A stretch of DNA of 63,999 nt, filler included, from an uncultured bacterium (GTDB lineage: Bacteria; DAOPZR01): assembly GCA_964637655.1 (NCBI GenBank). It is 10 parts of 10 records of this genome, joined end to end, with 100 filler letters (N's around TTAATTAATTAA, not from the genome) between each part and the next. Parts side by side here need not be neighbours in the genome. Positions count along the whole stretch, not along the records: positions 32,773 to 39,184 come from CAZWUZ010000222.1; positions 39,285 to 45,685 come from CAZWUZ010000223.1; 8 more parts are not named here. One strand, given 5' to 3'. The first letter of the stretch is position 1; each line of letters starts with the position of its first letter. Made by a program: the position numbers and the translations under genes. Positions 34,874 through 43,824 of this stretch are shown here, one piece after another. The notes below the pieces were generated by a model, which saw only the letters and a program-made list of their open reading frames with translations, had not been told where the DNA came from and ran no database searches.

Positions 34874-36669
34874 ACGGTGAACAGCCGCCGGTGATAGATC
34901 CACCACTCCGCGAGAAGGGTGAGACAGGCAAGCAGGATGAAGAAGGGCCACATCTCGGTCAGCGCCTCGCGGCGCGGCGCGCCGGCGGCGGCGCCATCTT
35001 CCGGCGCGGGCGCCACGTGGAGGTTGGCATCCTGCTCACTGTGTAGCGACACGGCAACGACCGGCTCGCCGGTCTCCTGCAGCCGGTAGAAGCCCGCCAG
35101 TTCGGTCGCGGCAGTCGCGCCGTCCTGTAGTGGCGTGCTGCTGCCGTCAGGGCGGATGACCGCGGTGCCGTAATCGGTCGGGTTGGTCCAGCGCGCGGCC
35201 GGGGGCCAGGCGAGGATGGAGCGGGGATCATGGCCGCGCGCCCAGGTCATCAGGTCGGCGAGAAAGACAGGGAAGGCGACGCGATAGGGAAAATCGCTGG
35301 CGCTGAGGGCGAAGCCGCAGACGATGCTGTGCTGCCCGTTGTCACTGCGTTCCACGGCCAGCGGGCCCTGCGCGCCGCGTACGAGGACGCGCCCGACCGC
35401 GGGGAAGTCGAGGCGTCGGCTCTCCGCGATGAAGAGGCGGGTGAGGTTGCAACGGGCGAAGGGGCCGCTGACGCGGTCCCAGGCGACCACCTGCGGCTGG
35501 CGGGCAAGCGAATCACCGGCCCCGAAGGTGCCGGGACGCGGGGCGAAGATGCAGTGCGCGCCTGGGAGGTCCGCGGGCGGGCCGTCTTTCTCCCAGATGG
35601 CGAGATCGAAGGCGCGCGGCGCCAGTTTGATGGACGGGTGGACATTGGCGTAGGCGATGCCGGGCCAGCGCTGCAGCGCGCGCGCAGCGATGGCGTCAAA
35701 GCGGCCGACATAGACGACGCGCAGCGGCTGCGCCGGCTGCAGCAGGAGGTAGGCGCTGTTGTCCTCGGGCAGGGCATCGGGCGGGTCGAGTTCCACCTGC
35801 AGGGCGGCGGCGCCGGACGGGGCGGGGAGGGAGAAAACCGCTGCCTGCCGCTCACGCGGGGCGAGATGCAGTTCGCGCGCCTCGACCAGGTTGCCGTTGA
35901 CGTAAACACGCAGCATGGCGGCAGCCGGCACCCCGCCGTAATTGGCGGCTGCCGCCATCAGTTCGGCCGGCGCGCCGGGACGCTGCTGCCGCAGGTCGGC
36001 GGCAACGACCGCAAGGTTGGCCTGCGGGGTGCCGACGGGGAGCCAGGTCATGCGCACGGGGGCGGGGATGCCGAGCGGCTCCGTCTCGCCGTCACCGTCG
36101 CTGAGCAGGTAGGCATAGCGCTCGGGCGCATGCGCGAGCAGTTGCTGTGCGAGGAGCAGGGCGCCGGTGCGGTCGCCGCGCCCGGCCGGCACGATGGCGC
36201 GCATCGCGGCGGTCAGTTCGCGCTCGTTGTCGGCATTGCTGAGCAGCAGGCGCGGCTGCGGCGCGGTCACCATCAGCGTGACATTGTCCTGCGGCCCGAT
36301 GCCGGCGATCAGTTGCCGTGCCTTCGCCACCGCCAGTTGCAGGCGGGTGTTGTCCCCCTCGCGCGTACGCATCGAGGCGGAATTATCGATGATGAGCAGG
36401 ATGTCGCGTCCGAAGACCGTGCCGGCGGGAAGATAGGGGCGGGCGAAGGCGATGGCGAGCAGGGTGATGACCAGCAGTTGCAGAAGCAGAAGCAGGTGGC
36501 GGCGCAGACGCTGCCAGAGGGTGTTGGCCTGCGCATCGAGGCAGACGCGCCGCCAGAGCAGGGTGCTGGAAATCGCGCGGCGGTCGCGGCGCAGCTTGAG
36601 CATGTAGAGGAGCATGACGGGCGGGAGAAAGGCGAGGAGCCAGAGCCCGGCAGGTTCGAGAAAGGCCAT
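34870..36669 (-). CDS. BatA/vWA domain protein
   Basis: F-EP--LWLL, SSTLLW, AFARP, DNSASM, C-terminal LAEWW. Confidence 0.85.
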   Translation of the reverse strand: MAFLEPAGLWLLAFLPPVMLLYMLKLRRDRRAISSTLLWRRVCLDAQANTLWQRLRRHLLLLLQLLVITLLAIAFARPYLPAGTVFGRDILLIIDNSASMRTREGDNTRLQLAVAKARQLIAGIGPQDNVTLMVTAPQPRLLLSNADNERELTAAMRAIVPAGRGDRTGALLLAQQLLAHAPERYAYLLSDGDGETEPLGIPAPVRMTWLPVGTPQANLAVVAADLRQQRPGAPAELMAAAANYGGVPAAAMLRVYVNGNLVEARELHLAPRERQAAVFSLPAPSGAAALQVELDPPDALPEDNSAYLLLQPAQPLRVVYVGRFDAIAARALQRWPGIAYANVHPSIKLAPRAFDLAIWEKDGPPADLPGAHCIFAPRPGTFGAGDSLARQPQVVAWDRVSGPFARCNLTRLFIAESRRLDFPAVGRVLVRGAQGPLAVERSDNGQHSIVCGFALSASDFPYRVAFPVFLADLMTWARGHDPRSILAWPPAARWTNPTDYGTAVIRPDGSSTPLQDGATAATELAGFYRLQETGEPVVAVSLHSEQDANLHVAPAPEDGAAAGAPRREALTEMWPFFILLACLTLLAEWWIYHRRLFTV

Positions 36670-37577
36670 CAGCGGAGCAGGTGGCGCTGGCGCAGGTAGC
36701 GCAGCACGACCGTGTCGAGCGGGTCGGTGGTGAGCAGCCGCGCGTAGGCGCAGCCGGTATCGCGGGCGAGTGCCGCGAGTTCTTCCGTCCACGCGTCGCG
36801 CGCGGAGCGGTAGCGGGCGAAGAGTTCACCCGAGGCGGTCACTTCGACAGTGTGGCCCGTCTCGCAGTCGCGGAGGAGAAAGTCGCCGGTGAAGGACGGC
36901 TCCCACTCGTCGGGGGAGAGCACCTGGAGCAGTGCCGCCTGATAGCCGCGGTAGCGCAGGAATTTCAGCCCGTCGGCGAGGCCGGCGGGATCAAGGCAGT
37001 CAGAGATGATGACGGCGAGGGCATTGCGCGCCGGGCGCGCCGCGTAGCGGCGCAGCGCGGCATTGAGGGCAACGGGATGTTCCGGGCGCAGGCCGCGCAG
37101 AAAATCGAGCACGCCGAAAATGGAGCGCTTGCCGCGCGTGAGCGGCGTCGCCTGCGGTTCGCCGGTGCGCAGCGCGCAGACAGCCGCCTGGTCGAGTTGC
37201 GCGAGCGCGACATAGGCGAGCGCGGCGGCCAGCTGCCGCGCGTAGGTGAATTTGCCCGGGGTGCCGTAGTCCATCGACGGGCTGCAATCGACGAGCAGGT
37301 GGAGCGCGAGAGGCGCCTCCTCGTGGAAGAGTTTCAGAAAGAGGCGGTCGAGCCGTGCGAAGGCGTTCCAGTCGATGAAGCGCGGGTCGTCACCGGGCAG
37401 ATAGTCGCGGAAATCGGCGAATTCGACCGAGGAACCGTGGCCGCGCGACAGGCGCTTGCCCGGCTGGCTGCTGCTGCCGAGGCGGCGCGCGACCAGCGCG
37501 AGTTGCTCGAGCCGGCGGAAGAACGCCGGGTCAAGCGCGAGCGGGTCAGCAGCGTGCGGCAGCGGCGACTCAGCCAT
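36669..37577 (-). CDS. DUF58 protein
   Basis: GSSVEFADFRDYLPGDDPRFIDWN. Confidence 0.92.
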   Translation of the reverse strand: MAESPLPHAADPLALDPAFFRRLEQLALVARRLGSSSQPGKRLSRGHGSSVEFADFRDYLPGDDPRFIDWNAFARLDRLFLKLFHEEAPLALHLLVDCSPSMDYGTPGKFTYARQLAAALAYVALAQLDQAAVCALRTGEPQATPLTRGKRSIFGVLDFLRGLRPEHPVALNAALRRYAARPARNALAVIISDCLDPAGLADGLKFLRYRGYQAALLQVLSPDEWEPSFTGDFLLRDCETGHTVEVTASGELFARYRSARDAWTEELAALARDTGCAYARLLTTDPLDTVVLRYLRQRHLLR

Positions 37578-37581
37578 GCCG

Positions 37582-37665
37582 CACCCTCATCCTGCCTTCT
37601 CCCGCGCAGCGGGAGAAGGTGAAGACCCTCTCCCTCCGCCGGAGGGAGAGGGATAGGTGAGGGTG
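37582..37665 (-). repeat. 84-nt structured intergenic repeat (copy A)
   Basis: Outer stem caccctca/tgagggtg enclosing two hairpins; its reverse complement aligns without gaps to 58158-58241. Confidence 0.85.
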
Positions 37666-37681
37666 GCGGGCAGCAGCGAAC

Positions 37682-38665
37682 TCATACCGTTTCGGGGACG
37701 GCAGCGAGCAGGTCGCTGACCACGCGGTCGGTGCTGATGCCGGCGGCCTCACCCTCGAAGTTGAGGATGAGGCGGTGGCGCAGTGCGGGGAGGGCGAAAA
37801 CGCGCACGTCCTCGACCGCGGCGTGCGTACGCCCGTCGTAGAGAGCGCGCACCTTGGCGGCGAGGGCGAGCACTTGCGCGGCGCGCGGGCTGGCGCCGAA
37901 ACGGACGTACTTCGTCGTAACTTCCGGGGCGTCCGCGGCGGCGGGATGGGTGGCGAGAACGAGGCGGGCGATATAGTCCTGCACGTGCTCCGCCATGAGT
38001 ACGGTGCGCGCCAGCGCGCCGAGGGCGAGGAACTGCTGCCGGTCGAGTACGCGGTCGACCTGCGGCGGCGCGCTCCCCGTGGTGCGCGCGATGATACTGC
38101 CGAGCGCCGCGGCATCGGGTGAAAGCACGACCAGCTTGAAAAAGAAGCGGTCGAGCTGCGCCTCGGGCAGCGGGTAGGTTCCCTCCATCTCGATGGGGTT
38201 CTGCGTGGCGAGCACGAAGAAGGGCTCATCGAGTTTGAAATGCTCGCCCGCCACGGTGACACTGTGTTCCTGCATCGCCTCGAGCAGCGCCGATTGCGTC
38301 TTGGGGGTGGCGCGGTTGATCTCGTCGGCGAGGACGAGCGAGGCAAAGAGCGGGCCGCGGCGGAAGGTGAAGGCGCGTTTGCCGCCCTCCTCCGTGATGA
38401 GGTGGGTGCCGGTGATGTCGGCGGGCATCAGGTCGGGCGTGAACTGGATGCGCGAGAAGGGGAGGTCGAGCGCCTGCCCGAGGCAGCGCACCAGCGTCGT
38501 TTTGCCCAGCCCGGGGACCCCCTCGAGCAGGACATTCCCCTGCGCCAGCATCGCGGTGAGCAGCTGGCCGATGAGCTCGTCGTTGCCGACGATGTATTTC
38601 CCGACCGCGGCGCGCACCGCGTCGAACTGCGTGCGGAATTCCGTCAATGCCTGCTGCATCTCCAT
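37682..38665 (-). CDS. moxR: MoxR-family AAA+ ATPase
   Basis: EGVPGLGKT, RIQFTPDLMPAD, DEINRA, ATQNPIE, LDRF. Confidence 0.95.
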   Translation of the reverse strand: MEMQQALTEFRTQFDAVRAAVGKYIVGNDELIGQLLTAMLAQGNVLLEGVPGLGKTTLVRCLGQALDLPFSRIQFTPDLMPADITGTHLITEEGGKRAFTFRRGPLFASLVLADEINRATPKTQSALLEAMQEHSVTVAGEHFKLDEPFFVLATQNPIEMEGTYPLPEAQLDRFFFKLVVLSPDAAALGSIIARTTGSAPPQVDRVLDRQQFLALGALARTVLMAEHVQDYIARLVLATHPAAADAPEVTTKYVRFGASPRAAQVLALAAKVRALYDGRTHAAVEDVRVFALPALRHRLILNFEGEAAGISTDRVVSDLLAAVPETV

Positions 38666-38703
38666 GGTGTATTCTCCCGTGACCGGTAATTGTCTGGAAC
38701 AGC

Positions 38704-38840
38704 TTTCCCCGCAGAGCACGCAGAGAAAGGCAGGGCAGTTGCTGAAGTGGCGCTGCAGGCAGCGCTACCCGCGCAGATAACAGTTATTGCGACAGGCAGA
38801 CCGCGGGCTCTCTGTGTGCTCTGTGTGCGCAGCGGTGAAA
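38704..38840. repeat. REP/MITE-like element with imperfect terminal inverted repeats of 9-nt units
   Basis: tttccccgcagagcacgcagag ... ctctgtgtgctctgtgtgcgcagcggtgaaa. Confidence 0.6.
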
Positions 38841-38857
38841 ATTCAGTGGCAATCATG

Positions 38858-39184
38858 TTAGTGAATGACGTCGGTGAAATAGGATTGCACGGCGTCGCGG
38901 CAATCGGCGGGGATGTCTTCCGTCGACATGGCCGCGCCGGCGGCGTCGCGGTAGACCGCGGCCCCCGCCCCGGTCAGCGCCACCTCGCTGCTGCCGTCCC
39001 CGGTGCCCGGCGGGGTGATGGAGAGGTAGTTGACGGTCTGCTGTCCCTGGCCCTCCCCCTGGCCGTTGACCTGCACATCGCGTCCCGTGCCGCCGATGAG
39101 TTCCGGCGCGTAGAGCTGCTGATAGGCACGGACCTTGTCGGGTGCGGGCGCGGCAGTGCCGCCCTGGCCGGGCTGCACCGGGCC
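38858..39184 (-). CDS. C-terminus of a MoxR-operon-associated protein (5' partial)
   Basis: Ends in IPADCRDAVQSYF, the P-x6-V-x2-YF tail typical of such proteins. Confidence 0.65.
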   Translation of the reverse strand, partial: GPVQPGQGGTAAPAPDKVRAYQQLYAPELIGGTGRDVQVNGQGEGQGQQTVNYLSITPPGTGDGSSEVALTGAGAAVYRDAAGAAMSTEDIPADCRDAVQSYFTDVIH

Positions 39185-39284
39185 NNNNNNNNNNNNNNNN
39201 NNNNNNNNNNNNNNNNNNNNNNNNNNNNTTAATTAATTAANNNNNNNNNNNNNNNNNNNNNNNNNNNNNNNNNNNNNNNNNNNN
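39185..39284. other. Artificial contig spacer
   Basis: N-run with linker. Confidence 0.98.
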
Positions 39285-39814
39285 CCATGCGCGCGGCGGG
39301 ATGCTGGCAGGTGCTCTTCGGTCTCGAATCGGGAAGCGCTGCCCTGCTCGCGCAAGTGCGCAAGGGGACGACGGTGGCGCAGAACCGCGCGGCGGTGCGC
39401 GCGGCGAAAGCGGCCGGGCTCGAGGTGCGCGGCGATTTCCTTGTCGGGGTGCCGGGCGAGACGCGTGACATGCTCGACGCGACGCTGCAGTTTGCCATTG
39501 ACGAGAAACTCGACTTCGCGCATTTCAACCGCTTCGAGCCGTTCCCGGGCACTGCTTTGTACGCCACCGCGTTCACCGACCGCCCGGAACTTGCCGCGCA
39601 GGACTGGGCGGCCTTCCGCAGCGTGCAGGATGTCGAGCAGTTATTCTACGTGCCGGACGGGATGACCCGCGCGGAGTATACCGCCGTGCTGCGCTCCCTC
39701 ACCCGCCGCTTTTACCTGCGGCCTGCCTATGTCGTGCAGCGCCTGCGCGGCATCCGTACCGTCACCCAGTTGCGCGGCCATCTGCTGGGCGCGCTCGGGA
39801 TGCTGCAACTGTGA
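39285..39814 (+). CDS. B12-binding radical SAM protein, C-terminal part
   Basis: FGLESG, GVPGET, PFPGT, RRFYLRP. Confidence 0.85.
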
Positions 39815-40707
39815 CAACGCTGCCCCTGCGTTTCTGCGCCGCGGCCTGCCTGGCCGTGCTGCTGCTCACCGCCTGCGGTCGTGATGCCGCACCGCCGCCG
39901 ATTACGCCGCCGGCAGCGCGCGGTCCGCTGCTGCTTGACGACACCGCGGTGCAGGCGTTCCTGCCCGCCGGGTTCGCGCTCAATGCCTGCGAAACGGCGT
40001 CGCTTTCCGGGCGCGTGCCGCCGGAATACCTGCTTATCAGCCGCAGCACCACGCGCGGCGGAACCGCGGCGCTGCTGCCGACGGTGGTGACCATCGTCGG
40101 TCATGATACTGACGGCTGGCGCAAACTGACCGAACTCAACCTCGCCTTTGCCGAGGCACTGAGCATACATCGCGGCCCGCTCATCGATACGCGCGACGCG
40201 GTCATCATCGCCACACAGGCGGGGAGCGGCGGCTACCTCGATTACCGGCTGCTGGCGCAGGTGCATGACCATCTCGCGGAACTGCGCGCGCGGCAGGCGC
40301 TCTTCCAGGGACAGGTGCGCATCCGCGACCGTGTGCTCTACGAGACCGCGCACGGCAGTGTGCGCGCGTTCGCGTGGAACGGGCGCGAACTGGCGGAACG
40401 GCTTTTGCCTGACGGCCGGCAGCCGGACGAAAAGCCGGAAGACCGTATCGTCACCTTCCGCGTGCGGCCTGACGGCAGTTGCGATCTGCGCGCGGAGACA
40501 GTGACCATCGCGGTCGGGCAGCGGCTGCGCGTGCGGCGCGCCGTGCCGGTCCCCGGCGAAAGCGCCGATCGCATCATCGCCGGCGGCGACGTGCTGGCCT
40601 GGACGGACGGCTTCCTCGTCGGCCGCACGGCCGGCACCGGCGTGGTTGAGGTGATACCCGGCTACTACGCCGATACCAGCGTTTCGTTTCCCGTGGTGGT
40701 GCGCTGA
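39811..40707 (+). CDS. Hypothetical lipoprotein
   Basis: LLTAC lipobox; GTG overlapping the upstream stop. Confidence 0.65.
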   Translation: MTTLPLRFCAAACLAVLLLTACGRDAAPPPITPPAARGPLLLDDTAVQAFLPAGFALNACETASLSGRVPPEYLLISRSTTRGGTAALLPTVVTIVGHDTDGWRKLTELNLAFAEALSIHRGPLIDTRDAVIIATQAGSGGYLDYRLLAQVHDHLAELRARQALFQGQVRIRDRVLYETAHGSVRAFAWNGRELAERLLPDGRQPDEKPEDRIVTFRVRPDGSCDLRAETVTIAVGQRLRVRRAVPVPGESADRIIAGGDVLAWTDGFLVGRTAGTGVVEVIPGYYADTSVSFPVVVR

Positions 40708-40711
40708 GGGG

Positions 40712-41173
40712 TCAGAAGTAGAGCGGGCGGTTGGTGCGCAGGCGCAGGGCGCGGCGCAGTGTCTCGAGCAGCGGCTGCAGGGCGGGATCGACCGCCGCCT
40801 CGTGCGGCCAGATCTTGATAAAATGTTCCTGCCGGGCGTTGACGACCGTGAACTGGTAGAGCGGCTCACCCGCCCGCGGCGGTGCGGTGCTCGAGACGCG
40901 CGCGGGAAAATCGCAGGCGGCGATGCGCTGCTGCAGTTCGTCGCGCAGTGCGGCGGGGAGCGGCGCGGGTGCGTACGGCTCGATGAAGGTGCCGCGCTGG
41001 AAGGTGAAGGAGAGCATGCCGGCATCGGCGTACACGATGCGCCACAAGTCGCCCTCGGTGCCGAGCGGGCGCACCTCGAAGACGAACGAGTCGCCGCGCG
41101 GCGTCAGCGGGGTCTCCGGGACGGCCGCGCAGGCGGTAAGCAGGCAGCAGCAGAACAGCAGCAAGTAGCGCAT
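40712..41173 (-). CDS. Hypothetical lipoprotein
   Basis: MRYLLLFCCCLLTAC lipobox. Confidence 0.65.
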   Translation of the reverse strand: MRYLLLFCCCLLTACAAVPETPLTPRGDSFVFEVRPLGTEGDLWRIVYADAGMLSFTFQRGTFIEPYAPAPLPAALRDELQQRIAACDFPARVSSTAPPRAGEPLYQFTVVNARQEHFIKIWPHEAAVDPALQPLLETLRRALRLRTNRPLYF

Positions 41174-41179
41174 GCGCCA

Positions 41180-41208
41180 ATCGTAGCACAGGCGCACAGG
41201 GGAGGCAA
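41180..41208 (-). promoter_or_regulatory. Leaderless sigma70 promoter
   Basis: TTGCCT-N17-TACGAT with extended TG, 6 nt before ATG 41173. Confidence 0.6.
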
Positions 41209-41209
41209 C

Positions 41210-41836
41210 ATGGACTGGACGGCATTGGGCAGCGAACTCGGCCTGACCTTCAAGCCGGGCATCCGCGCCTTCCTTGAATCTGACGCGGTGCGGCGGCTGG
41301 AGACGGGTGATCCGCAGCAGGCGCAGGCGGCGGCGCAGGCGCGGAAACTGCTCGATAACCCGCTGGTGGCGGGACTGCTCGACCGGGTATTTACCGGGGT
41401 GCTTACCGGGCAGTGGCAGGGTTATGAGGCGGTTATCTACCGCGGGGCGCGCGCGTCGGGCGGGAGCAGCGGCTCCCATCCGTCGGTGACGGCAGCACTG
41501 CTCTTCAACCAGCCGCCGCGTTGCGGCCTGCAGGTGCGCGAGCGGCTGCTGGCTGACCGCCTGCTCGCGTGGTTCGGGCGGCGCGGCCTGCCAACCGGCA
41601 ATGCCGCGCTCGACCGCGCCGTGCATATCAGCGCCCGCGAAATTGCGCAGGCGCAGGTGACCTTCAGCGACGCGCGTGTGCAGCAGCACCTGCTGACGCT
41701 GCAGGGACTGGGCGGAACGCTGCTGCTGACCGACGAAGGCATCCGCCGCAAACGCCAGGGTGAGACCCTCGACGCAACGGAAGCGCGGCGTGTGCTCGAC
41801 GCGCAGGCTGCTTTCGCGCAGTCTGCCGGCTGGTGA
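41210..41836 (+). CDS. Hypothetical protein
   Basis: GGAGG RBS and host-like codon usage. Confidence 0.65.
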   Translation: MDWTALGSELGLTFKPGIRAFLESDAVRRLETGDPQQAQAAAQARKLLDNPLVAGLLDRVFTGVLTGQWQGYEAVIYRGARASGGSSGSHPSVTAALLFNQPPRCGLQVRERLLADRLLAWFGRRGLPTGNAALDRAVHISAREIAQAQVTFSDARVQQHLLTLQGLGGTLLLTDEGIRRKRQGETLDATEARRVLDAQAAFAQSAGW

Positions 41837-41921
41837 AGGCCAGCCGGGCCCGGAGAACTTCCGGCCCCATCGGGGTCTCGTACCGCGTTGGTTTGCTGTG
41901 CCCTGCCGTGTGCTGCATGGG

Positions 41922-42083
41922 TCAGACGGAAATCTGTTGCGGGGTGAGTTTGACGACCTTGCCGTTGCGGGAAACATAGATGCAGCGTCCTGCGCGCTTG
42001 TGTTCGCGCAGGGCGTCACGCACACCCTTGCGGGTAACGCGCGGCAGAATATTCTTTTCTTCAGCCGCCGTTCGTGGTCTCAT
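41922..42083 (-). CDS. 53-aa small protein (below the ORF-track cutoff)
   Basis: MRPRTAAEEKNILPRVTRKGVRDALREHKRAGRCIYVSRNGKVVKLTPQQISV. Confidence 0.6.
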   Translation of the reverse strand: MRPRTAAEEKNILPRVTRKGVRDALREHKRAGRCIYVSRNGKVVKLTPQQISV

Positions 42084-42096
42084 TACATCTTTGCTG

Positions 42097-42249
42097 GTAA
42101 CTTTTCAGCCCGTCTTTCTCTTCGCCCGCTGTTTATAGCGGGCGAGGCTGCGGAACGGCAGGTGCGGGCGGACATGGTCGGACGTATCCCCTCGACGCTG
42201 CGCGTAGTTCTCTCCCCTAGGAGAGGGGACAGAGTGGCTGAATACAAAT
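42097..42249. mobile_element. Degenerate IS66-type MITE
   Basis: Ends gtaacttttcagcc and ggctgaatacaaat; internal hairpins; no target duplication visible. Confidence 0.5.
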
Positions 42250-42397
42250 GAACAGTGTTTTTTCTGGCAGTTGTTGGCTATAAGCCGGGAAACGGCAGGG
42301 GCGCGATTGCGCAAGCGACCGGAGCCGGTTTGTGGTATACTATGGGTGAGGACGATGGGTGGGTGAATTGTCTGCCCGATGAAAGGCGGCGCAATTG

Positions 42398-42880
42398 ATG
42401 CGGAAAACCTGCTACATTGAAACATCCATTCCCAGTTACTATTTCGAGACGCGAGAAACAAACGATTGCGTCGCGAAACGTGACTGGACTCGTGAGTTTT
42501 GGCGGATGCGTGAGTCGTTTGAGTTTGTCACGGCGAATGCGGTGCTCGAAGAATTGCGACGCGGGGACTATCCGATGCAGCAGCAATGTCTTGAACTGCT
42601 TGTGTCGCTGCCCTGCCTGCATGTGGCTAATGAGATTCCCGGCATTACGGAAACCTATATCCGCCATTTGGTGATGCCGCGTCAGCCGTTGGGTGACGCA
42701 CTCCATCTGGCGTTGGCGTCATTTCACCGTTGTGATTTTATTGTTACCTGGAATTGCGCGCATCTTGCCAATCCGCATAAACAGAATCACATTCGCATCA
42801 TCAATGCCACGATGGGATTGTTTACTCCGGGATTGGTGACCCCATATGAATTATTGGAAGGGAGAGAGGACAATGGTTGA
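42398..42880 (+). CDS. PIN-domain (VapC-like) protein
   Basis: YIETSIPSY, V-EEL, DALHLA, DFIVTWNCAHLAN, TPYEL. Confidence 0.88.
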   Translation: MRKTCYIETSIPSYYFETRETNDCVAKRDWTREFWRMRESFEFVTANAVLEELRRGDYPMQQQCLELLVSLPCLHVANEIPGITETYIRHLVMPRQPLGDALHLALASFHRCDFIVTWNCAHLANPHKQNHIRIINATMGLFTPGLVTPYELLEGREDNG

Positions 42881-43052
42881 TGATCCGGTGGTGCAGCGGG
42901 TACGCGAGGCCCGCCAGCAAATTTCGGCGGAGTTCCACCATGATGTGGCGGAATATGTCGCCCATCTGCGCGAATTGGACAAGCAGAATGAGGGACGGCT
43001 TTGGCAGGGACGGGCTGGAGTTGAGTGTAAACAGACGGATAAGGCGGTTTGA
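42873..43052 (+). CDS. Small putative antitoxin partner
   Basis: DPVVQRVREARQQISAEFHHD; overlaps the PIN gene end and has a GAGGA RBS. Confidence 0.7.
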   Translation: MVDDPVVQRVREARQQISAEFHHDVAEYVAHLRELDKQNEGRLWQGRAGVECKQTDKAV

Positions 43053-43074
43053 TGTCGGGGTTGGTTGTCGATAT

Positions 43075-43260
43075 TTTGTATTCAGCCGGTGCAGACAGTT
43101 TCAGGAAAGAACGGGGCGCCGCGCACGGCGGCAGCGATGGCGGCGAGGATGTCCCACCCCTGTTTGCGCGCCGTGGAAATGTAGCCGCGAATCCGGTAGA
43201 AATCCTGCGCCGCTGACACACTGCGGAAGCTGCCCGAGATCTTTTCCTTCACCTTGAACG
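43075..43260 (-). mobile_element. IS66-family transposase C-terminal remnant with right end
   Basis: KVKEKISGSFRS...F-RIRGYISTARKQG...PF-P, followed by ggctgaatac. Confidence 0.8.
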
Positions 43261-43358
43261 GTTCCTGAACGGTCATGCTGTTAAAACCCCGCTGGAAATT
43301 GAAAAATCATCAAGTATAGCAGTATCCGCCTGTCCACATAGCTATTGTACCACCGCCG

Positions 43359-43490
43359 CCTTTCCGTGCTGCGCACGGGCCCGGCCGCTCACAGTAAGCC
43401 AACCGTCACTGTCGTTCCGGTTGCCCCTGCGGGGCGGGGTTCTTCTCGCGGCAACCTTTCCCTGCTGCGCACGGGCCCGGCCGCTCACAG
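43359..43490. repeat. Two 36-nt direct repeats separated by 60 nt
   Basis: cctttcc(g/c)tgctgcgcacgggcccggccgctcacag at 43359-43394 and 43455-43490; 1 mismatch. Confidence 0.9.
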
Positions 43491-43824
43491 CGGGATGCGG
43501 TCAGCAGCAGGAGAATAGCGCGGAGGCGGGGATGGAATTACCTACGGACTTTTTCATTCCGGCGAGGACAGCCGCGTTAGCAGATTCTTTCCGGAAGGTT
43601 TGGCTGCAGGAACATATTCCGCCATTTGCCCCGAACCCGGCAAACCGGCTTCGCAGGAATGTTATGATAATCCCCGCGCCCAAAGCGCCTTGTTACGCTG
43701 GTCAATCCGCAGCGTAAAGTGAGAGCCAGTCACTGGTGTTTGAATCTGGAACTTGCCTGGCATTTTGCGCCATAAAGACGCACATTTTCAATATTGCCGT
43801 AGCGGGCACCGCTGACCCCGCTGG

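Noticed and set aside
32773-39184. MoxR-DUF58-BatA-vWA operon as a novel system
   Set aside because: This is a widespread, already described arrangement.
43359-43490. Formal CRISPR array call
   Set aside because: Only two repeats, a 60-nt structured spacer and no cas genes; kept as an unexplained repeat.
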